Positions 38,218 through 51,222 of a stretch of DNA of 64,000 nucleotides are shown in pieces. The stretch is from Octopus vulgaris (lineage: Eukaryota). The notes beneath the pieces are model-generated. The model ran no database searches. It saw nothing but the letters and a program-made list of their open reading frames with translations, and had not been told where the DNA came from. The translations under genes were made by a program, and so were the position numbers. Every line of letters starts with the position of its first letter. Within the stretch, counting starts at the first letter, position 1. The stretch spans positions 130,014,001 to 130,078,000 of the forward strand of contig OX597817.1 of assembly GCA_951406725.2 (NCBI GenBank), in the 5' to 3' direction.

Positions 38218-38257
38218 ACCACCGAAGATGACCACAAAGAGGTCGAGACCGTATGGT
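38218..38257 (+). ncRNA. Degenerate minimal HHR in an unassigned GC-richer island (about 38140-38400)
   Basis: ACCA-CCGAAGA-T-GACC-acaaaga-GGTC-GAGA-CCG-TA-TGGT. Stems I and II are perfect; GAAA reads GAGA. Confidence 0.55.
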
Positions 38258-38504
38258 CTGATTGCCTTGTGGCTAGAAGATGGTAGGGATTCACTCCCCT
38301 GCTTGCAGTAGATATCGAGTGCAGATTGTATCGACAACCAGCTGGGGGAAGGGCGTGCTCCTGAGGTTAAAAATGGCAGTAACATCGGTTCCTACGGAAC
38401 AGTCATGTTTAAGTGATGATTAAATTTTTTCTACTATAGAAACAAGCTATGATGACTAGTCTATAACATCGACCTAAAATGCTCGCCACCATAAGAACAG
38501 TAAT

Positions 38505-39120
38505 AACGGTTTCAAATTTTGGCACAAGGCCAGCGATTTCGGGGTTAGGGAGCAATTCGATTACATCGACCCTAGTGATCAACTGGCACTTGTTTTATCG
38601 ACCTCGAAAGGGTGGAAGGCAAGATCGTGCTCGACGGCATTTGAATTCAGACCAAAACTCCAGAACATATGCCTCTAAGCATTTTGTCGGGCGTGCTAAC
38701 GATTCTGTCAGCTCGCTGCAAATTTTGGCTCTGGGCTAGCAATTCCCGGGTAGGAACTAAGTCGATTACCTCAACCACAGCGTTCAACCGGTACTTATTT
38801 TATGGACCCAGAAGAATGAAAGGCAAAGTTAACTTCAGCGGTATTTGATCGCAAAACGTAAAGTCGAAAGAAATGCTACCAAACATCTATTTTTCCGGCG
38901 CGGTATCGACTCTGCCAGCTTGTCTCCTTGATAAGAGCAGTAATAACTGTTTCTAATATAGGAAAAGGACAAGACATTTAGGAAGATTTGAGTAGTCTTT
39001 TAAATCAACCCCAGCACTTGACTGGTACCAAAACTTATCGACCTCGGATGAATGAAATGAAAAGCAGACCTTCGCAGAATTTGAACCCCGAACATAAAGC
39101 GCCGGAACTAGTACCGCCTA
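38505..39120 (-). mobile_element. Three tandem SINE B copies
   Basis: The core (..GGTAC..TATCGACC..GAAAGGCAAAG) recurs at about 38580, 38790 and 39025. Confidence 0.8.
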
Positions 39121-39158
39121 GTAAGATTACTATTTGGTATTAATACTGCTTCTGTAGC

Positions 39159-39207
<49 letters not shown>

Positions 39208-39784
39208 CTCCAACCAATGAGCACTGATCAATACATTGAGTCTATTCTATTCTTTCTTATTTTATTTTTGTTCTACTTTTATTTATTTATTTACTTTATT
39301 TTTATTTTTATCGTATTTATTTGATATTTTATACATTTTATTTTATTTTATTCTACCTTATTTATTTTACTTTATTTCTTATTATATTCAAATTAATCCA
39401 TTATCCCACGCGCACACACATAAATAAACATGAAATAACTCCATGTACTTAGTCTGCCAGTATGAACCAAGAGGTCACCATGTAATCTTTTATTGTATAT
39501 CTTTTACTCTGATGATATTGAATTTATACCTTATAAGTACAAGTTTAAACCATAAATTTGTAATTTATTTAATAAGCACAAATGAAACAGCTATAGGAAG
39601 TAGGAGGCATCATTTTATTAATAAGTAATTATTAAGTTTCAACTCTCCATTTTCTTTTCTTCTATTAAGCGAATACGGATTATATGAATAATATATACCT
39701 ATTGATTTAAAGAATTTTTTTTCCCAAAAAATATATTTGGTATAGAGCCAGTGTAATTATCCCTTTATGAGATTAATATATCAC

Positions 39785-41105
39785 CCTACCTCTCCAACGC
39801 ACCATTCTCCGAGCCTTCCGGCGATTCCAGTCCGACCACTCTACTTCGCACATCTTCTCTAACCGACCCCTCCCCTCCTTCAAACGAGCCCACAACCTAC
39901 GAGACGTCTTGGTCCACAGCTTCTTCTCTAACCCAACCTACCAACCCAGCTCGTTCCCCTGTTCCCGCCCACTATACTGCACCTGCTCTTACCTCTCCAA
40001 CACCACCCTCCTCACCGACACCCATCATCGACACTATCATATCACCGACTCCTTCAACTGCACTTCTAGCAACGTCATCTACTGCATCTCCTTTCTCTCT
40101 GCCATTCTCTGTACATCGGGCAAACGGGATGCCACTTGGCTGACCGGTTCGTGGAACACCTCCGAGACATCCGACTCGGCAATGACACCCCGGTCTCGCG
40201 CCATTTCCGCTCTACCGGTCGCTCTTTGTGACACCTGTCTGTATTCGGATTGTCCTTGCACAGGCGCCATCCGGACTTCCGTCTTCGCCGTGAACAGAGT
40301 TTAATCTTCTCTCTTCGCTCTTTTGCGTCACATGGGCTCAACTCTCCTCCCCTCTCCTCTCTTCCTCTCATACCTACTTCCTCCCACCCACCTCTCCTCT
40401 CTTACTCCGACTTTTACTTCTCTTCACTCCTACCGTCCTTCTCTCTTCTCTTCACTCCTACCCACCTTCTCCTTTCTCCTCTTCATTCATCATCCCCCTC
40501 CCTCCCTGGTAACCCACCCCTACACTATCCCACCCCACCTTCCTTATCCATCCCACCCTCACACCATCCCTTACATGCACTCACATATACCCCACACCCC
40601 ACCCTTGTTTTCCCCACTCTCGCCTCCCCCACATCCCAACACCACCACACACCACCACACTACACACTACCATACCACACAACACCACATCACATCACAC
40701 CACCACGCGCACACTAGTACTGACCACATCCCAGCACCCACACCATCATCTACACACCTACACATGCGCACACGCACACGTCAAGGTCACCAACCCTCTT
40801 CCACACGCACATATATGCTCTCTTATACACACGCACGCGCACCTTCATTTTGGGATCACCACTACTTTATTGTCTCTCCTTCTTCCTGGGTCTCCTGTGT
40901 GACCCCTCTGTCCGGCATTCGCCATGATAGATCGTTAGCCACTACGCATTCTTTATTTTCTCTGCATGTTTCTCTCTGTGTTCCTTTCCAAGGAAGAGCG
41001 TAGGCTAGAAACTTTAAAGGTTTTTCACTTCCGGAGGTTAAACTAATACATCAGTTTATTGTCTACACAACCTGGCTTCGTCTTTTTTTCTTTTGTAAAT
41101 TCTCC
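39785..41105 (+). mobile_element. 5'-truncated PLE: GIY-YIG, CAC-rich 3' UTR and terminal repeat with decayed HHR (40984-41019)
   Basis: AFRR..PTTL..; FKRAHNLRDVLVHS; SFNCTSSNVIYCIS; LYIGQTGCHLADRFVEHLRDIRLGNDTPVSRHF; RLRREQSLIFSL..HGLN. Confidence 0.9.
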
Positions 41106-41108
41106 CTA

Positions 41109-41157
<49 letters not shown>

Positions 41158-41506
41158 GCACATACGCACATATATATATAGATAGATAGATAATTATATA
41201 TATACATACACATATATATATACATATATATATTTATATATACATAGATACACGCGTATGTACAAACATACATACATACATACATACATACATACATACA
41301 TACATACATACATACATACATACATACATACATACATACATACATACATACGTACGTACGTACATATACACATATAAAGTTGTGTGTGTGTGAATAATAT
41401 ATACCTATTGATTTATAGAAATTCTATTTCCCAAAAGTATATTTGGTATAGAATCGGTGTAATCATCCCTTTATGAGTTTAATATATCCTCTATTTAACT
41501 TTTACA

Positions 41507-41587
<81 letters not shown>

Positions 41588-41591
<4 letters not shown>

Positions 41592-41742
41592 AGAATTTAC
41601 AAAAAAACAAAAGATGAAAACAGGTGTGTAAACTACAAACAGATGTATTAGTTTAACGCTCGGGAAGTGAGAAAGTCTTTTACGTTTCGAACCTACGCTC
41701 TTCGACAGAAAGGAACACAGAAATAAAGAGGGAGAGAAAATA

Positions 41743-41745
<3 letters not shown>
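41588..41745 (-). mobile_element. PLE terminal fragment with A6U HHR motif (41677-41712), embedded in (TA)n
   Basis: Reverse complement CTTT-CTGTCGA-A-GAGC-gtag-GTTC-GAAA-CGT-A-AAAG; the stem II change is a G-U wobble. Confidence 0.8.
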
Positions 41746-41801
<56 letters not shown>

Positions 41802-41821
41802 CATACATATATATACATACG

Positions 41822-41938
<117 letters not shown>

Positions 41939-42049
41939 AATATTTATATATATGCATAGATGCACACGTATGTACATACATACATATAAATGTATGTGTG
42001 CATGTGTGTGTGTGTGTGTTTATGTGTAATGTATAAAGTTCAAAATATA

Positions 42050-42560
42050 TAAAGTATAAAGATCGCGACTATGAGTCTCAGATTTTACTGATATATCAAG
42101 ATATCAAAAACATTGCTGAAACCTTATTACAAGACACTAAAAAGAAACAGTCGAACATGCACGCTAATAGTATAAAACACTTTTAAACTAGCTGGAGCCT
42201 GATGCAGTAATTGTCACAAGATTGTTGCCAACTCGCTAGATATTTTGATATGTGATATATGATTCGGAGATAAAAACAAGAAACTTATTACTGGCACGCA
42301 AGAAACTCATTACTGGCTTTGAACGACGATTTAAAGTCAAAGAAAATGATGCTATTTCTTTCCCTGTAATGATGGATAACCTCGTTGAGTCTGCATAAAT
42401 CTGTGAGTTCAATAGCCTTTATTATTTAAGCAAATGATTCAATAATTTAAGAGGTGGTCTGTATGGAGACGATGGGTTATTTATCATGCGAAATATGAAT
42501 GCTCAATAGTTTAAGGGATTCGGGAAAGATATCTTTAAACCTAAAAATTATGTGATACAA
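42050..42560 (+). pseudogene. Old PLE reverse transcriptase remnant
   Basis: FPVMM.....ICEF.SLYYL....GGLYGDDGLF (compare GLYRDDGL). Confidence 0.6.
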
Positions 42561-43300
42561 ATTTAAACGTTTTTATGGAAGATTTTACATAATCATGCAT
42601 ACATACAAGCAAGCATACATGCATGCATACATACATACATACATACATACATACATACATACATACATACATACATACATACAAACTGAATCCAGTTTAA
42701 TTCGAAAATTGAATCAAATTGTGTTTTTGTTCGTGTTTGTGCCCCACCACCGCTTAACAATCGGTGTTGGTTTGCTTATATTTCAGTAACTTAGCTGTTC
42801 AACTTTAGTCACTGATAGAATAAGCACCAGACTTTTAAAATATGTCCTGAGGTCGATTTGTTCCACTGAAACCTTTCAAGGCAGTGCCCCAGTATGGCCG
42901 CTAGCTAATGACTAACACAATTAAAAGATAAATGTTACTCATACATACACACACACACATATATATATATACACACATATACATGCACACACATATACAT
43001 ACACACACATATATAATACATATATATACACACACATCACTACCACTCCCACAACTCCCACCCCCACTTAAACGATTTTAAAAATTCAATGGCCGCTCCT
43101 TCCCTAATATATAACATCATATCAGTTACTTCCTTCACCACCAGCCACCCCATTATCGTCAACGCAACTCTCTGTCACTCCATCATCATATCTGTCGACC
43201 CTTAACCCTTCCAAACAATCCCGTAAATATCATTACTGGAACTCCATCACCATTACTGTCAAATCTACAACTATCGCTTACACCACGGCTGCTGCTGCTG

Positions 43301-43350
<50 letters not shown>

Positions 43351-43799
43351 GACCTTACTATTATCACCATCACCGCCTTAGCGACAGACACCCCCGTATC
43401 ACCATCACCGCCTTAGCGACAGACACCCCGTATCACCATCATCACTACCACCACCATTACCACCACCCTTACCACCATCATCACCGCCTCCTCTTTACCC
43501 TCGCTATTACCGCAACTGCCCTTACGACCTCTATTACCATTACTTTCACCATCAATGAAGAAGTCTCTATATGGTCGTTCAACTTGCTAGAAATAACAAC
43601 CAAATTTCTCATCATACCTTACCACCTTTAGTAACGTAAAGCACATTAGATAATACAGACTCTTAACTACCGCTAAAACGGGGATTCTCAAACTGACAAA
43701 TATTAGCTGCGACCCTCTCAAAAAGACAAAAGAATTGTGAAAATTCCTATTCTCTCTCTCTCTCTCTCTCTCTCTCTTTATTATTAACTATTTTGTTGT

Positions 43800-44039
43800 T
43801 TAATCATATAGTATTTAAACTGGACATATCTGGCCAAAATTGTCTGCTTTATATTAAAAACTGCCAGATCCAACCTCTTGCACCTCCTCCACAATGTCGT
43901 TCTAAAAACTAAGCAATCACACCATCAAAATTTTGAAGTTAGAAGAGGATTGATTCATTAAAAACAATGATTGATTCAAAACAATGTGAATAAATAAGCA
44001 TTACATTTGACAGAGTAAACTGAATGCTAAAAGATTAAG
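43800..44039. mobile_element. Decayed TTAA-flanked (piggyBac-type) MITE
   Basis: Ends TTAATCATATAGTATTTAAAC and CTGAATGCTAAAAGATTAA are degenerate mirror images. Confidence 0.45.
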
Positions 44040-45109
44040 AATAAGGCGAGCAATTTTGATGCTGGAAGAGCTAGTTGGTACCATAGATCACGGTATTTGT
44101 TTGGTACTTTATCGTTTTCACCCGGTTGTATAAAAAGGTAAGTTGATCTTGGTGAAATCTGAACCCAGATAGTGAAGTGTCGGATGAAATATTGCAAGGC
44201 ATTTTGTGTGGCGGTTTAACGATTCTGCTTGTTTACTGTCTTCCTCCTTTATTTATAACAAAATAATGCATGATCGTGAAATCTTTTGTCGCTGATGTTG
44301 AAACTGTTGGCTACTTTAAAATAATTTCATGGGGTAGAATTACCCATGAAACGGCTATTACTCTGTTAGTAAACACTAAAAACATTCTCCCGCCCTCACA
44401 ATTCTTGAAATATTAGAGTTCTATGAAAAAAGAAAAACAAAAACGAATTCACTGAATTTCCTCCAGATTGTAATTAATTTCATCTTCAATTTTAATGAAA
44501 AATCTCTCTTCGTAATATATCGTTTATAAGTTACATGCTGAAGATTTCTAAAAAGAATAAAATAGTGCTATACAGGATTACCGCTAACGAGAAATTGTAA
44601 GGCCTTCGTAACAGATAAAAAGAAGAAAGAAAAAAAGAAATTAAATATGTGAACTCTATGCATCTTCTTCCTCGCATTCCTTAATTTCAAATTCAAAATT
44701 CTAATCCTGCCAAGTGCTGTATTGACGGCCATAGCCAGAGGGAGCCAATGGGATTACCGTGGCAGGAACGATTTTGGTTATAGGGTTTGCTTGATGATGG
44801 TTGGCTTTGAGTTAAGCAACACCAGGTCAACCATAAAAATAGCAGAAATAATAAGCACCACAACGACTATGATCATCTTAGTCATCGTCCTAGCCTATTT
44901 CCAACAGCGCTATAAACCATCTCCAACGTTACAATTACCACTATCACCGTCAACGTCATCAAGGTTGTCATTAAACCATTGGCCTCATCAAAATCACAAT
45001 GACCACCATCATTACAACATTACTATCACTACGTCCCAACGTCATCATCCTTACGACGTACACAACCAGCACCACCATCACTATAGCTATAATCACTCCC
45101 AGCACGAAC

Positions 45110-45290
45110 AGATTAAAGGCACTATATGGTTACTCGACTAACTAGTAATAGCTGTTAAATCCCTCACAAAATACTCACTGCCTTCTTAAAAAATGAAAGG
45201 AGACGGTGGATAATGTAGTCCTAGGTACAGTATCTAAATAAAATATGGAATGATTATGGCTGGAACATCTTTGGACAAGGTCATCAACAG
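45110..45290 (+). repeat. Old dispersed repeat (SINE-like family D); related pieces at about 43555-43680, 47410-47625 (-) and 61110-61280
   Basis: Shared CTAG(A/T)AATA(G/A)C..AAAT..CTCA and GATAATGTAGTCC motifs. Confidence 0.5.
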
Positions 45291-45873
45291 CTGCAGCAGC
45301 AGCAATACTACAACTATTAGGGTCCATATTTACCGGCGTCCTTTCCCCCACCTCAACTACATCCTTGCTCACTGCTATCGGGGCACAGATTTCTATCTGT
45401 AAGTGCGATCCCCAAGTCGGGGGTGGCTGTTCAAGCGCGTCTCACTTCGGGACAACGCCTTTTCATTTTGCTCGCTGGAGCCATGAGGCAGACTGACAAG
45501 TCTTATGTTCTTTAAATGTAATGCCCATCGACTCAACATTCTACGCTTACTTCTTTTTACAGATGTCTGGGATATTTAATTATTATATTTGACCACTAAC
45601 TATATTAAGAAGGAATCTTGTTTCATCTTAGCTTTAACTAATTTCCTCTGTTAACATCTACAAACTCCTTCCGTAGCAGCAAGATTTGACTGGTATGCGG
45701 TGACCGGCTGTCTCCCACTGATGACTTCCAGTAGAATAAAATCACGGGATGTGTATGCTTCTATGCACCAACCGCCTATATGAGAGAATCACTCTAGGCT
45801 AATAACACAGTATTCGGTACTCTAACAAGACACCCATTTTAAGCTGGATATTATCTTTTGGTATGTAGACTGC

Positions 45874-46287
45874 GGATCTTTTCATTTTGAAAGCCAGATT
45901 TTCCTAGTTAACTAAACAATTTGAATCTTCGTATACTGGTAGAATGTGTCAAAAGAAAACATAATTGTAAACCAAAATGAAAACGGAATTGTAATTTCTA
46001 AGTTTAACGTTGTTTAATAATTCGAATTTTAACCAATGATATTCTTTCTTTCGACTTCATATCATTTACTGCCTCTCAAAATATTGTTACTGTGACGTAA
46101 ACAGCTATTTTGTGAGGTAGTTAACGTAAACATAAAATGTAAACATCCGCTTATCGTAACTAAACACTTTCAAACTTCGTGGAGTATATATAAAATTTGT
46201 GCAGATCCTAAATAGCTAAATTCTTTTTGAAAGTCTTAGTATATATAAAATGAGTGTTTAAATTATTTTCCATTGTTTGCATTGCTT

Positions 46288-46348
<61 letters not shown>

Positions 46349-47181
46349 TACATACATACTAAAATTACATCGTTGGAGCAGTAATTTATTTATGTATTTT
46401 TTGTTATACAATATATTTTAAAGCTGAATCCCTATCCTGCCATTAACCTCTTTCTTATAAAATAGTTGAAGAATCTGGTGTGTAGGAATTGGGCCAGTAT
46501 TGGAACTTTTAACTTCTTGCTCTCTATCTTATGATCTCCGAAATTTAAGAATCTTGTGTTAACTGGGCTCTTATTATTTACTCTGACTCTGCCACCACCT
46601 CAATGCAAAGACTATCAATATCAGAATCATCTTCACAACCACCACTACAACCATTACTACAACCTCCAATGCCACCACCACAACCATCTTCTGCAACCGC
46701 AACCCCAAGATCAATACCAGCATCATATTCAAAATCACCAATTTCACCACCACTAAACTCTGCAATGTCTTCAACACTACCATCCATGAGACATCCTAAC
46801 ATAGTCAATGCTACTACTACTATCATCATCATTATCATCATCATCCACTGCCGCCACCACCACCACCACCACCACCACCACCACCACTGCCATGATCACC
46901 ACATCTACCACAGCTGTTTGCTTACTGCTTACCCACTCACAAAATAGCTGTCTACGTCACAGTAATACTATGCAGCTAATAATTTCAAATGAAAACAGAC
47001 AATACGATTGGTTAAAATTCGCAGATTTAAACTACGTTTAAACTTATAAAATACATTTTTGTCAAAAAAACTAGTTGAAATTATTGTTTTCTTTTGACAC
47101 ATTCTACCAGTATACGAAGTTTCAAATTATTCAGTTAACTAGAAAAATCTGAAAAATCTGGCTTTCAAAATGAAAAGATCC
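45874..47181. mobile_element. Non-autonomous DNA transposon: GGATC...GATCC ends, ~245-bp TIRs, perfect 8-bp TSD
   Basis: TSD TAGACTGC at 45866-45873 and 47182-47189. TIR blocks such as TTCGTATACTGGTAGAATGTGTCAAAAGAAAACA are mirrored at about 47085-47118. Confidence 0.9.
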
Positions 47182-48337
47182 TAGACTGCTTCCACCATCG
47201 CTAATGATTATCATACTTATATATTATAAATACTTATAAATAGGACTATTACAGCATTTTAATACATTGCCATATATGAAGATATGCGTAATTTTAAATT
47301 TAATAACTTCAGTTCTATATTAAATTAATTTGTTAAAAATACACGACTAGTAATAGCCTCTAGCATGATAACCATGGTAACCAAAGTTTGATTCTGAAAC
47401 TGGAACCGTGTTGTAGTTGCTTAGTATTAAGTGAAGTCCTGGTCGAGGGAACATTATTAAAGGCTTTCCAAACGAGACCATCTTGTCTGTTTCCCAGACA
47501 TAATAAAACTTGGATTATATTATCCAGTATGTGCTTTTTTTAAGACAGTCGTGTGGCATTTGAGGAAGGAAATTTGGTTGATATTTCTAGCATGTGGAAT
47601 ATCATTGAAAAAATTCGTTCATTGGTCGACAGGGACTTTTAGTTTCTGCTAATTCCCTTTTTTCTATAAACAAAAGAGACATCATCAATCATCCGAATGT
47701 CCCACCATCGAGTGACCCCTATCATTCAGCAGCTCCCCAATGTCTCTCCGCTCCTCCCCTTGCCTTTGAAAGTTTATGGGTGTTCCACCTCATTAAATTC
47801 TAATGATTAAGACCTGTGGGAATTGCGATGTTTGTTGTTAGATCTGTTGGTGGTGGTAGTCGTGATGGTGGTGGTGTCGGTAGTAGTGGTGGTTGTGAAA
47901 ATGGTAGTGTTGGTGGTTAAGGTGGTGGTTGAGGTGGCGTTGGTGGTGGTTGTGGTCATGCTTATCGTAGCGAAAGTGATGGGAGTAGTCGCTGCGACGG
48001 CAGCTCTGGTTTGGTCTTGCTGGAAGTGAAGTTTGCAGTCCAACTGTTTAGCAGTCATAGTGGTAGTCTAGTCAGGACGGCAGTTGGGAGTAGAAGTGAT
48101 AGCTAGTAGTGGGTATGGGGGTGGCGATTGGGATGGTGACGGTAGTGGTGGTGGTGGTGGTTATAGTATTGCTAGTGCTGGTAGTTATGTGGTAATGTTG
48201 ATCATGGCAGTAGCGCCGGTGGCAATGAGAGTGAAAGAAATGATAGTTGTATTGCAGGTGGTTGTAGGGCTTTTTGTTTTTACAAGTAGCTTCTTCGATT
48301 TCATATATGAAATAACTATAATATATTTTTCTTCATA

Positions 48338-48697
48338 GGCGCAGGGTGACTGAGTGGTAAGAAGCTTATTTCCCAACCACATGATTCCGGGTTCAGTCCC
48401 ACTGCGTGGCACCTCGGGCAAGTGTCTGCTACTATAGCCTTGGGCTGACCAAAGCGTTGTAAGTGGATTTGGCAGGTAGAAACTGAAAGAAGCCCATCGT
48501 ATATATATATATTTATATATTTATGTGTGTGTCTTCGTATCTGTTTGTCCCCACTACCATCGCTTGACAACCGATGTTGGTGAATTTGTCCCTGTAACTT
48601 AGCGGCTCGGCAAAATAAACCGATAGAATAAGTACTGGCTTGCAAAGAATAAGTCCTGGGGTCGATTTCTTAGACTAAATTGGTGGTGCTCCAGCAT
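48338..48697 (+). mobile_element. Near full-length SINE family A abutting the truncated Gypsy 3' end
   Basis: GGCGCAGGGTGACTGAGTGGTAAG head, GGTTCAGTCCC, core and tail to CCAGCAT. Confidence 0.9.
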
Positions 48698-50725
48698 AGT
48701 ATAATAATATAGTACCCTAGCGTTGCAACCTATTAGCAGTATGGGTAGGGATTCCTTTCTTCGACCTATATATCGATAATGACGAACGATAATCAGTCTG
48801 TATTCGAAAATTTCTACCGTGTAACAATCTATGGAACTTTTTACGGCAAAAATAATCGCTAGAGCCTCTTTTTCGATCTGGCTGTAATTTCTCTTTGCTG
48901 ATATCAGAGAATGTGAGACATGAACCACCACCTTCATGTTACCATCTTTATATTTATGTAGCATTACTGTTCCTATACTGTACGCAGGGGCATCTGAATC
49001 TACTGCAATCTCCGCTGCAGGATCGAGATGCGCTAAGGCCAAATCAGATGTTAATATTTTTAAAATTTCGTCGAACGTCTTCTGACGATTTTCAAACCAA
49101 TTCCGCTTTACATTTATTGTAATAGATCATTTAGTGGAATTCTTACTTTAATGAATATTTGGAATGTAATTTTGGTAATAATTTGTCAGTCCCCAAAAAG
49201 CTTGTAAGGTTGCTATATTTATCAGAGGAGGCATATTTTCAATTCGACGGATCTGATCGACGTCAATTTCTGTCAATATTTTCTCCTAAATATTTTATTT
49301 TTGGTAAGAAAAATTCACACTTTTCTTCACTCAAAGTAAAGCCGTAATCCTTAAATTTTTGAACACATATTTTACGAGCTCAACGTGTTGGTCCCGGGAT
49401 TTCCTTTTCATGAGTATATCATCCAGATATGGAATTGCGAATTCACAGTCAGCTAACACTGCATCCATAATTTATTGAAATGTTGCTGAAGCGACTTTTA
49501 AGCCAAATGGTAACCTGTTGCATTTATACAGTCCTTTGTGTGTGTTAATTGTTAGGTATTTAGAGCATTCGTCATCTACTCTAATTTGTAGGTACGCGTC
49601 AGAGAGTTCCAATTTAGAAAATATCTTGCCACCATTTAATTTCGCAAATATATCCCCCGGAGTTAGTAGCGGATTGTGGAACGTTTTGTGACAGTCGTTT
49701 AAACCAGTGGAAAAATCAGCACACATTCTGTTTTTTTTTCTTTACGTATACTGTTAATGATGTCCATTGACTATATTCCACTTTTTGGATAATTCCATTT
49801 TTTTTCTAGTCTCTCTAAGTTTATCTGTTCTAACGCTGCGATAGGTACAGTTAATTTTTGTTTAAATACCGGTATGGCGTTTTCTTTAATTTGAAACGCC
49901 GCCTTCGTTTTGGCGCACAGACCTAATTCATCAGACAGAACTTCTGTAAAAATCTTTTTCAATCTCTTTTTTCAATTCGTCTGACGACTTATTTGTACCG
50001 GCGGAAAAACCATTCACATTTTTATAGAAAAGATTTATGGGGATGTCCCATAAATTAAATAATTCCAGCCAGTTTGTTCCGAATAAATTTGTCGTATTAT
50101 TCAACACAAAGGTTTTCCACGAAATGTAACGTCATTTAACAATTCGGGTTTAATTAATTAATATCCGGGGTTAATTAATTTAGTTTGAATTTTTTACACT
50201 CTCTATTAACAACTCCGGCATAGGTGACGAAATCTTCATCATCTTTTTTGACCAAACTTAAACATTGCCAGTGAGTATTGAACAGGAAACTTCTTTCACT
50301 GAAAATTTTCGATAAAATATTAATTGTTTCATCGAAACAAATCTCACTTGTTTTCTTCGACAGAATATTGTTACGATACTTTTTGTGTTCGGCAGGGGAT
50401 AACTTTCCTATAAGTAGTTATAATTATTATTATTTTTTTTTTTTTGTCAGACCAAGTACATGTACATTCTTCGTTGAAGATTTCTTCGTATCTTCGAAAA
50501 TATGCCTTCTGGATTATAACTGAATTCTTCAATTGAGTTTTCTACGCTGTCTGGCGAGTACAAACCTGAAGTATTTTCAGACTTCTTTAGCATTAATTCC
50601 AGCAATTGTTGCTTGTGTTATTGTTGCTGTTGTATTTTCTGTTATAACTGCTGTTGTTATTGTAGTTGTTGTTGCTGCTGTTGTTGCTGTTGCAACATTA
50701 CCACGGAGGCCAGTAAATCTTCCAT
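48698..50725 (-). mobile_element. Ty3/Gypsy (K02A2.6-like) LTR retrotransposon: gag, RT and RNase H remnants, no integrase
   Basis: MEDLLASVV plus poly-Q gag start at 50725. RT: CADFSTGLND..IFAKLNGGKIFSKLELSDAYLQI..NTHKGLY..NRLPFG and PYLDDIL. RNase H: DSDA..IG..RNYSQIEKEALAIIFAVK and NRLQR*. Confidence 0.95.
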
Positions 50726-51222
50726 GTTAAAACGATACTAAAATATTTACGATTCTAGTCATAGACGAGTGGAAGTCAACGACTTCAGCCTTGCAGAGGT
50801 CAGACCACCATACCTGCAAAGCACCATCCTTGGTAGCGGGTTTCATGACGATGTCGTGCTGCGAAGAAGATGCTGGAGTGCTACAAATTTCCACTGGAAG
50901 ATGTTTAATTATCATAAGCTCTTCCAGAAATCAATGCAGTTCACAGATAGAGACACACAAACTAACCCGGATAAAATTTCAAAGGTGAGGCTTTCCACGG
51001 GGATTTATGAAATAATAGATGCCGCTGGATTCAGTCAGTCAGTTGCAAGAGATGATGATCGCTCGGAATGGCACAGGAAACGTCCGCGTCAGTCTATACA
51101 CACACACACACGCACACATATGTTAGCTGCAACATATACATATATATATAAACGATGATGATGATGACTATCTAGTCGTGACCGAGGAAGACCATCACTG
51201 AACATTATCCATACAAAATACA
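50726..51222 (-). mobile_element. Possible 5' LTR/leader of the Gypsy element
   Basis: GC-richer segment directly upstream of gag, starting with TG on the minus strand. No partner LTR or clear PBS seen. Confidence 0.35.

Noticed and set aside
43361-43440. Short tandem duplications (also 31475-31558) and the repeat-spacer look of 28988-29540
   Set aside because: Slippage duplications. The spacers are microsatellites and there are no cas genes, so this is not CRISPR.
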